DNA of 64,000 nt, from contig JARFYF010000052.1 in NCBI GenBank assembly GCA_030265395.1, positions 52,306,865 to 52,370,864 on the forward strand, written 5' to 3'. The notes beneath the pieces are model-generated. The model was not told the DNA's origin, did not search any database, and saw nothing but the letters and a program-made list of their open reading frames with translations. Origin of the DNA: Rhina ancylostomus (Eukaryota). Numbering within the stretch: position 1 is the first letter of the stretch; every line of letters starts with the position of its first letter. The position numbers and the translations under genes are program-made. This document shows, one piece after another, positions 12,348 through 21,960 of this stretch.

Positions 12348-13064
12348 CTTTGAAATCACAAGATGAAAAGATCCAGGAAACAGGCGTGGAAGGAAAAAAA
12401 AGGACGTGACAAAGTACCACTAAAATACGAATCAAAAATCATTCCCTCTAAACTAAAGGGAAGCAGCTGTCAAGTATTTCACACAAAAAAGCAGCGATGC
12501 TAAACTAAGCAATAACATCATAAAATCCACATTAATATCTTACAAAATTAGTACAAACATCTTATATGTAGTAAGACAAAGAGTTCCAAATAACCAGACA
12601 TGCAGAAACTGTCAGCGGCACCATTCCGTGAAGTGTTGTCCAGTAACAACTTGTAAACTGCAAGATTTGATACAAATTTGAACACATCACAGCGCAATAT
12701 ATGGATTCTGCCAATATCAGTAACGCCAGTTGATGCAAACTTCTACTATTACACAAAACATTAAACAATGCATCCTGGACCTTGTTTGCATTGGATTACA
12801 TGAGCTATTTTCTGCCAATCCTGATTTCCACCCTATATATAACGGGACTGCATTGGGAAGGGCCCATCTCAAGCCAATCACACACGATGCAGCGCAACTA
12901 GCTTCAACAGTTAAATCGTGCTGTCGCAATCGGTCAAACGAAAAGAGTGAATTTGGCCCAACAAAAGCTGGGCCAAATACACCAACGGGGTGTATTTGTG
13001 TTTGAAAGCGTGGTGATGTGGCGCTACTCTACGGTGTATGTGGGTCATGCTGAGATGATCCTAC

Positions 13065-13161
13065 CTTGAGAACTGTAAGAAAGCCTTGTGTCACTGTCAA
13101 ACTCCGACGCGGCCATGACTAGGCTCAAAATCCAAGTCACCGTCTTCCACAAAATTTCCAT
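13065..13161 (-). CDS. ADAMTS6: ADAMTS6 first coding exon (signal peptide), 97 coding nt
   Basis: ATG at 13161 gives [32 protein letters not shown], donor CAA G|gtagg. It matches the ADAMTS6 N-terminus [21 protein letters not shown], and there is an in-frame TGA two codons upstream. Not in the supplied ORF track. Confidence 0.96.
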
Positions 13162-13432
13162 AATTCAGTGAACCCAAAGCTGTGTGTGGCTACCTTTTTT
13201 TTTTGTTTTGCGCTAGTCGGTTTCTTCGGCTCCAGGAGTGCGCCGTGACAAGCCCATGGGGGTCGCGGCGGCCTCGGCCCGTCTCCGTGCGGCGGCGGCG
13301 GCGGCGGCGGNNNNNNNGGCCGGGCAGCCCGCGTGCCCACTCATGCCCGCGCCCAAAGCCAGCAGCGAAGCCGCGACACCCTCAGCAACCCACACTCATT
13401 GGCCGCCGACTTGGACTCGCTCATCCGTCTGC
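13162..13432 (-). other. ADAMTS6: ADAMTS6 5'UTR portion of the ATG-containing exon (GC/CpG-rich, four uATGs)
   Basis: Good acceptor gtgttcccctctttgcag|GCAGAC at 13433/13432, followed by a GC-rich sequence running continuously to the ATG. Confidence 0.7.
13289..13317. repeat. (CGG)n/(CCG)n trinucleotide repeat, at least 7 units, runs into a 7-N gap
   Basis: Directly visible. Confidence 0.9.
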
Positions 13433-14114
13433 CTGCAAAGAGGGGAACACCATGCATTAGTCGTTGCCGTTGTCCCGCTGTTTTGATCTGTGCCTGGCGT
13501 TTCAGCAAACAAACTGTTGGTCTGCACAGGTTTGATTTAGGGTTTTTGTTTGCAATGAAATGCTAAATAAATGCATGCACGGTTGCTGCTGACAGTATGC
13601 TACTGCGGAAGGCTCGACTGGAGAGCACATGAGGGAGGAAATGCAGATCCTCTCTCCTGTCCCTCAGAAGTCCTGGGTTTGCCGACTTCTAAACAAAGCC
13701 CTGGCATAGTTGACTTCTAAACATCCGGTTTCTGACAAGAGAGAGGAGTGCAACTTGTGTGCCTTGCACATCTAAAGGAAAATGCATCAGAACAGGGAGC
13801 AAACCGCTTCGTTATTCCAATTACTCCTGACTTTCGAGTTTTTGCCTGGATTTAAAAGTGCCACTGCCACACTTTTCTGGAGCTCGTCTCCTTCCCTGTC
13901 AACCTGGAGTCCAACGTGAACCGTGCAACAGCAAAAAGAGGGCAGAATGAAACAAATGAGTAGCAAAGCCTCGAGTGGAGGAGCCGAGCCCTGTCACCAG
14001 TCCCCTCCTCGCCTGCTGCTGGGCGGAGTCCGCTCATCGCCACCCACAGGTACAGCGCCACTGATCAGAGCCGACTGAACCATCAACCGCCTGAACGTAG
14101 CTGGAGCATTTGGA

Positions 14115-15055
14115 ACTGGGGAGAAAGGGAGTCAAAGAGAGAGAAGGCGGAGAACAATATGAAAGACGAAGGCGAAGAGGCAGGTGAATGGGAAATGAAG
14201 GGATGGTAAAACAGCGTGAGGGTGGAAGGAAGGACTGGGAGGAAGAAGATAAGGGTTGGAGAGGTTAAGTGGGAGGGAAGGAGGAGTAATAGCGAGAATT
14301 TTAAGGCAGAGGAATAAATGTGAGGAAGGAAGGGTTTTTTTAAGGAGGGTAAGGGTTGGAGTATTGGACAGGATGAAAGTTGGTGGGGGGGGGAAGAGAG
14401 ACAATTGGCTGGAACTAAAGAAAGTAAGTGATGGATGCAACCCGAGGAGGGTAGGACTGGAGGGTGAGGGGAAGTTAGAAGCAGTGACGTGGAGGAAGGG
14501 CTGGAGGGAGAAATGGAAGGTGAAGGGAATGAGATAGAGGAAGAGAGTAGAAGGTAATTGGAAAGATGGAAAAGGGGAAAGGGGGTTGTCAGTGACAGAG
14601 GGATCATGGATAGGAAAGGAATAAGGTGGAATAAGACAAAGGAGGGGAGGGAGTGAATGGGACAAGAGAAATAAAGAAGTGAAGAAAAGAGAGAGAGAAT
14701 TAAAAAGAGGCAGGGTGAACAAAAAGTTTGGGAACAGCTGGAGGAAGTGGGATGGGAAACAGAAAATAAGTGGTGAATAGATCAAAGAAAGCAAGGCAAA
14801 GTGCAAGGAGAGGATCGACTGGAGAGACAGTGGGAAGAGTTAATGGATGGAATGAGAATAGGAAGAAAGGGGAAGGTAAACAAATAGAATGGTCACCACC
14901 TGGAGTGGAAGAAATGGAAAGAGTGACGAAGAGAAAGAGGAGAATTATGAGTGGAGACTAGAGAATGAGAACATTGGAGAATAGGGGAGGGGAGGTGTGC
15001 AGAAAGGAGTAGACAGTAGAAGAACCTGAAAGATTAGGAGGATGAGGAGGTTTAG
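14115..15055 (+). repeat. ~0.9 kb non-periodic purine-rich (G/A) low-complexity tract
   Basis: The plus strand is overwhelmingly G/A. The long minus-strand ORFs here are S/P/L/F compositional artefacts. Confidence 0.85.
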
Positions 15056-15589
15056 ATCTATCCCTCTTCCACGCTCCAATCCTCACTCTGTTTTTTCTTA
15101 TTCTATGCGCCATCCTCTTCCTCCAAATTCCCCTTTTATTCCTCCTTCCAGTTCTCTATCCAATATCCAGTTTTTTAATACAATAAATATTATTTTAAGT
15201 GGGGCACGTGACAAACTGCAAACCACTAACAGGTTGCTGACACCCCCGGCCACACCACATGTATGTCTTGCCAACCTACATTCTATAAGGATTCCATTCT
15301 ATTATGCGAGCTTCCCTGTCCCCAGCAACATTTTTTTCTGATAATTCTGCCTTAAATTTCAATGATGTTTCAATGTTTTCCTATTTCCTTGAATATTCTG
15401 CTCTACCATATTTTACACGGCCTTCAATTTTGTCCCTTCTATTATCTACCCATGCTTCCCTTGCAGAACCACACGTTTCATATTCTTCTTCCAGCTCAGC
15501 AGCCTTTAAGTTCAATAGATCATTCTTCCCCAACACGAAACACATCCTCCTCTCTCTTTCCAATATTCTGAAAAGTCTGAAAAGGGGGA

Positions 15590-16465
15590 AAACTGCAGAT
15601 CAGAAAACAAAAAATGCTAGAAACAGTCAACTAATCAGGTGGCATCTGTGGAGAGAGAAATACAGTTAACTTTTCTGATGAAAGGTCATCAACCTGAAAC
15701 ATTAACTGATCTGAAGGCAGCTCTTCACAATGCTGCCTGACCATTTGAGTATTACCAGCATTTTATGCTTTTCTTCCAAAATGACCATTCCCTTCTCAAC
15801 CTCCTGATTCACCAGTAGTACAACTTTTTCCCACTCTCCTGTGCAAGCATAGAAGATACAACATTCCCCTTAATTCCTTCCTTCCCACCATTCAGAGCCT
15901 ATAATGTTTTTTTTAGGTGAACTTATACTTATTTCAGTTTAGTATAGAGTATTGGGTAGTCATAACTTGGTCTCTTCTATACTGAGGAGACAAAATGTAA
16001 ATTAACTGACCATTTTATGACCAGTTCAGTTCAATCCATAAGTCTGTACCCAAGTTCCCAGTCCTTCCCACTTTGACCTCCAGTGATCCAATGATGCACA
16101 ATATAAACTTCATTTGTTGCACCTCATGGGCACAGAATATCCTTCCAGACTCAAAACTGTATTTAACAATTTCAGGTGGTGATTTAGCTATTCTATTTGC
16201 ACTTTCCTTTGAGTTTTCTGACTAATTTATCTTGACCATTATCATCCTTATTGTCATTTAATCTCTCCTGCCATTCAATTTATTATTGATATTTTCTCAC
16301 CTCTCCTCCTTCATTCTTCAACATCTTACAACTTGCTTTATCTCTAGCTCTAATGAGAAGTCATTGGACTGAACTGTTAACTGTTAACTCTCTACAAATG
16401 AAACCCTGTTTCACTCTCTACAAATGCTGCATGACCGGTTGACAGTTTCCAGCATGTTCTGTGTC
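15590..16465 (+). mobile_element. Decayed Penelope-like element with inverted terminal repeat, GIY-YIG remnant and second terminal repeat
   Basis: Terminal repeat arms at 15590-15775 surround CTGATGA...GAAAC. There is a GIY-YIG-like stretch (ggtctcttctatactgaggagacaaaatgtaaatta) at ~15970 and a closing repeat (gctgcatgaccggttgacagtttccagcat) at ~16430-16455. Confidence 0.65.
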
Positions 16466-17224
16466 TTTTTTAATTGGAGAACAACAGAAAATGTGTGAGT
16501 GGTCAACAGACAGGGGAGGGGGATGCTAATGGAAGGCATCACTGGGAAGAAAATGACAAAGTTAGAAGACTGTGGGAAGTAATGAGAGAGAACAATAGGG
16601 GGAGGTTAAAGGGAAGGTGGAATCCGTTTTAGGAAATGAAATGCAATCATGATATTGTAACAAAAAATAAGTATGAAAGAATAAAAGGGAGACAAGAACA
16701 GCAATGGGGAATATCAAGTCTATCTCTGGATGAGGAAGAACAAGGAAAGTGAGAGAGCAGGTGGATTCAATAGATTAGGTTAAAGCAATGGGCAGGTGAC
16801 AAATGGAAAAGGATGGCAATATAGGACAAGGAAAGAAACTGTAAAGCAAAACAACAGGGAGGAGGATCAAGGGGATATAGGGAAAGGAGCACAAGATTGA
16901 GGAAAATGTTTCACAAGGGATTTGGAGCAGCACCAGGACAGAAATATCGGTGAACCCATGAACAAATCTGGAGCCTCAGACAGTGCGCTGGGCCAACCGC
17001 TCCCCAGCACAAAGCGAGCCCTGTGTAATATGCAAAGCAAGGACAGCCCCAGGGCGATATGGGCAGAGTCCCGAGAGTGAACTCCAGAAACATTATCACT
17101 GTGGAGAATTAGATCAAGGCCACTAGGGGAAGACGATCAGGGTGGTGAGATTCAGCAGCACCTCGAGGTACACTGGAGCCATGGAAGCGGGAGAATAAAT
17201 TGTTTGCAAAGTCTGCAAATGAAA

Positions 17225-17395
17225 ACAAAAATAGCGGATGCTGGAAATCGAAAATTAAAAAAAGTGCTAGGGACATTCAGAAAGTCAAGCAGCATCTGTG
17301 GAAAGAGAAAGGAATCTGTCAAAGGGCCTTTCCGTCTGAAACGTTACCTCATTTCTCATTCCACAGATGCTGCCTGACCTGCTGAGCATTCGCAG
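17225..17395. mobile_element. Palindromic mini-Penelope element (two inverted pLTR arms)
   Basis: 17277-17310 and 17352-17385 are reverse complements at 30 of 34 positions. Same family as 1405-1530 and 3005-3100. Confidence 0.75.
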
Positions 17396-19167
17396 AGTCC
17401 CGCATTCACCAGATCAAAGACTGGCTTCATCCCGCATGATCCTTATTCAATGGGAAAATATTTTTGTAAGGGACTGAGGTAGGACGTGGAAGGGGCAACC
17501 ACTGCTGACAGAAAATCCAGATTGCACCGCATTGGGACATCATAACAGCTGATTTTTTTTTTGCAGGGTGTAAAATGCAACAGATTGGCGACTCGGCGTG
17601 GAGTAGAATTGGTTCATGGCAGTCAACATCAAAATAATAGCAGGGTTGCGAATCTGAAGAAATTAGGCATGGATTATTGTGCGAATAATTTATTTGCAGG
17701 CACCTAAATATCCGCTGTTCTACTTTGGTAAACGTTTTACCACTGCTGATTGAGTCTGACGTTACAGCACAACGGTTAACGCTGACCAAACCAAACAATA
17801 GACTCGGGGCCACACAAGCGTCCTATTATTCAAATGCATACAGAAGTTTGTATACACTGGAATCCCCACCACCACCACCACCACCACCCCGCCCGCACCC
17901 ACGCCCTTCCCGGAATATAAAACGGGAACGCAGTTTGAGATTCAAGATGAGAGCGTACCATAAACTTCCAAACCGAAGCGGTGGTACAAGTGGCATGTGT
18001 ATGTTGCTATGGAGTGAAGGGGGAGGGGCAGTAGCTCAGTCGAAGGATATAAAGTCTGCGGTTCCCCGCTGAAAAGGAGCTGCAGAACTGCTCCTTGTAT
18101 TGAATGATTACCATTACAGCGAAGAGATTTAAAAAAAAACTCCCCCAACTAACATCAGTATTCAGCACGGAAAAAAAAACATTTTCTTTTTAAAAAAACA
18201 TACATGACCCCTGATACAATAATTGCAGAACATTGCTTTTTATCAAATTTGAGACGGAAATCACACCACGGATACACTCTGGAAAGAAAACCAAACTTTG
18301 CAGACGTCACCAAAGCCAGGTTTGGCTTTATAACCTGTACTGTGTTTCCTGCGTCGTGCCAAGTTTTCCAGGAGCTGTCAGATTTCTGCTGGACAATCCC
18401 AAATTTTTCAGTGAAGGAGCTACCAAAAGGCTAGACACTACAAAAACACAGCGCACAGCTGGTTGTTCAACGTCGGCATTTCAACGTCAAAAATAAGAGA
18501 AAATTAAAACATTTCATACATAAGGGGAAATGGAATCGGCTCCGTACAGTCGATATAAAGTAACATTCAGCAGCCCATTCCCAGACAGCAGCTCAAATCT
18601 ATTTGGATAAAACGCGTGTGTGACCCAGACAAGTTGGCATTTGGCCCAAATACATTACACCGGCAGCTCAAATAAAAAGAAGCGTCTCTGCAACAATGAA
18701 AGAATTGCAAAAACGGTGCCTTCTTGTACACTTTCAAGTATCGTTTCGGTTTCAAATACATAATTGGATATTTGCTTTCTATACATTCGCACTTCCCACA
18801 TTCAATTAATTGGATGGAGGTATCCTTAAAAAGAACCCTCGCAAACCACACGAGGTACAGATTAAATCAAAGAACACTACTCTGCACAGCGCTTGTTGCT
18901 CTACTGAAACCATACACGAAATTTAACTATCCTACTTAAAATGCACCAGGAGATAATCTGCCAAATGAGGGCTTCAAACATATCATCACATCACAAAACT
19001 AAACGATTTCTTTAGTGCAGTACATTTCAGCCAAAAAGTGAAATAATTGAAAATGCTTTAGTGTCCAAACCCATTAATTTACAATGCAACTTGTAGTGAG
19101 CTTCAGCAGTAAATCAACACTTTAAGATAGACAAAGGGGTCTGAAAAATTGTACTAATAGCCTTTAC

Positions 19168-19600
19168 CGTTTTCATCTTCATTCTGGGAAGGTTTTAAGT
19201 GCAGCTTTCAAACAATAGACCGTGCACACTGGCGNNNNNNNNNNNNNNNNNNNNNNNNNNNNNNNNNNNNNNNNNNNNNNNNNNNNNNNNNNNNNNNNNN
19301 NNNNNNNNNNNNNNNNNNNNNNNNNNNNNNNNNNNNNNNNNCCCCCCCCGAGCTTACTGAAGTTACTGACTTGGCAGAAACTGGGATGCAATCAGCTACC
19401 ACCAAGCAACATAGATTTTTTTTTCCCCCACTGACTCCTCTCCCCGGGCAGCTGAGCTCGTACAAAGCTCTATGGGACAGTTGCAAAAGCAAGGCAGGAA
19501 GGCAATACAACAAAGTATATAAAACAGCCCGAACTGGCTACCGGCCTTCAGCCAAGTTTAGACTTGCAATCTGGCAATCCGATGTGAGCTCCACAGCGTA
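19168..19600 (-). other. ADAMTS6: Candidate non-coding first exon of ADAMTS6
   Basis: Lies in a CpG-retaining, repeat-free zone just downstream (minus sense) of a promoter-motif cluster, and ends at a donor AACG|gtaaag (19168). An alternative stronger donor, GAC|gtaagt at 19606, would put exon 1 just upstream instead. The two cannot be distinguished without transcripts. Confidence 0.4.
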
Positions 19601-19725
19601 CTTACGTCAGTGAAAAAATGCAGATGTATTTTTTCACGGCCCGCCTTGTGCGCATGTGCCGTGGATCACGTGAAGGGGGGGACGAAGGGGTCCAGTCAGG
19701 GTGGAACTGGCACTGGGGAGTCCAG
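19600..19725 (-). promoter_or_regulatory. Probable ADAMTS6 proximal promoter motif cluster
   Basis: Within ~90 bp: CRE/bZIP-like TTACGTCA (19602-19609), GC-box-like ggcccgcc, NRF1-like TGCGCATGTG, palindromic E-box TCACGTGA (19666-19673) and G-runs. Confidence 0.55.
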
Positions 19726-21901
19726 CTTAAACCAACCTTCAAAAAAGGACTCCATTCTCATAGTAAAGTAAGAAAAGAGTGATTGTCCAGCTTGCGTGCC
19801 GTTTCTGTTTAATAGTTACAGTGTATCTAACTTTGTTGATTAAGGGTATTAAGTTTTCTTCAATACTGGGAAGCACATCTACAAATCATACGTCGGAAAC
19901 GCACAAGTCATCTTACTGTAATTTTATTGGGGGTATGTGAGATTGTTATTCGTCTAGATGAGTTTATCGTTGGCATAGTTTCCTTTGTGAGAGTTTCCAA
20001 TTAAGATTATGTTATCGTCAATATTAGGTGCACCGGGTCAATCTATTATAGTTTAAATCCCCTGTAAAAAACAAGTTTAACGCCGTTTAGTGCAGAATCA
20101 GTGTAGTCATTGGTCTCCAAAGCACTTCCTAAACATGTCTTGGATTAGAAGTTGATTTAACTAGTTACCTCCCAGTGTCAATACTAACATAAACTTTAAA
20201 TAACCCCAAGCCATTGCAGCACTTCTAGAATGGACGTATACATACCAGTGAAATAACTTAGTTAACTAGATTGTAATTCCTCTCGTAGAGATTAATATCT
20301 GCGTTTTTTAATGGAGAGATGTTAAACTGTTGCCTTGGTATATCATATGCTAAAGACATAGCATTTAAGCTCAGTCTAGAAGGAAGCAGCTCAAAAATTA
20401 GAAGGAAGGAACATGCTAAAAGTTATGTGGTGCTTAGATCTTCTATGCTTTAAAATTAGAACCTGACATGAAGGGATTTGCACTTTTTTAAAGGACTGCT
20501 ATCACTAGCCGAACTCACGCTTTGCATATTGGCACATGGTACGTGTCTAAGGTAAGTGGCAGTTGCAACTATTGTTGAGTTCCAAGACGCAAATTACAAA
20601 GAGAAAGCAGGATAGATAAATAATGTGCAATATGGTGAGTGTAAGACGGATCTGCCCTACCCGTTCTCACGGACTGCAATATCAAAGGAACCCGTGTAAA
20701 TGAAAAGTCTCTCAAACTTGGCAGAAAGTTCAATCGAACCGTGGTGTGCTTCTGGTTTACGATTGAGGGTTAAAATGACATTAGGCAATTATAGTGTGTA
20801 GATCCCGAAAGATAATGTTATTTGAGATTCTGTTGTAAAATAAAAATAAATCGTAAACCATAAAATGTATGTTCTTTTCAGCATCACCGTAAGTTTAGAT
20901 TTAAGTCAAAGAACGCCAAATAAACATTAAAAAAAAACAATCTATTGATTTGGGCCATTGCATTTTAACAACTTCTAAGAAATATTCACGAATAGATCGT
21001 GTACTTGGTTTTATTTGGATTGTTTCCAGTTAATACACAATATCCTGCACCTTTAAATAGACATAAGCGTTAAAGTGGGTGGAGCATAGGAGCACTATAC
21101 CATTTGTGCAGGTATGTACCGCCGTGATCATAAAATCACTGGTGCATTCTGGACAAATGTTTATGAGATGTGCTAAGACTGTTAAATAAGTGGACCTTTA
21201 GGCCGTTTTGCACTTTTAATATTTTAATTAAAATATTCACAAATCTATTTCAACCAATGTCATTGTACTGTTGAACTTCATTTGTCTGTTTCATGTCTTT
21301 AGAAAACCAGTTGTGAGTAGAAACTTCCCTAACAGCTCTTCGACCGAGCAGACATGCATCTGATTTGTCTTTCAGATTGTAATTGCAGGCTATTACGTTT
21401 GCCTCATGCGGGAAAATAATCTTCTTGTGAAATAAGCCTTGAAATTAAAAAAAATCTGGTGGGCCACGCACCGACTTTCAACAGACAAGATACAATGTCT
21501 CCAGCCTCAATTACTTTGCACCTCGAATCAGGCTTTCTTTCCATTAGACTGTTACATCCCACGCCGGAGGAAGTAGACGCAAGGCCTTTGGTGGTGTATG
21601 GAACCTTTAGTTGGATTTCTCAATGATTTAAATTTCGCCAACTCTCTTATCAGTCTCCCTAACCAATGGTTCTCCGCTTTACAGTCTCTGTGCTTGGCTC
21701 TACGCCAAACAAGCCTAAACGGTATGCCCTATGGTAGCTATTAACAGTCTTTTGTCAACATGCTCCAAATATCATGCCAAACTGGTGAAGTGATCGTTCA
21801 TAATAAAATACTTGAATACTTGAACTATAATTCCAGAACCGATTATTTAATGAAAAACAGTTTTCGAGAAGAAGCTTTTCAACAACGGCTAGGATCATAT
21901 T

Positions 21902-21920
21902 TGTGTGTGTGTGTGTGTGT

Positions 21921-21959
<39 letters not shown>
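21902..21959. repeat. Compound (TG)n(CA)n microsatellite, self-complementary
   Basis: Directly visible; centre GT|AC at 21922/21923. Confidence 0.95.

Positions 21960-21960
<1 letters not shown>

Noticed and set aside
14083-14806. Long minus-strand ORFs of 174 and 224 aa
   Set aside because: Stop-poor artefacts of the pyrimidine-rich strand; low-complexity S/P/L/F content.
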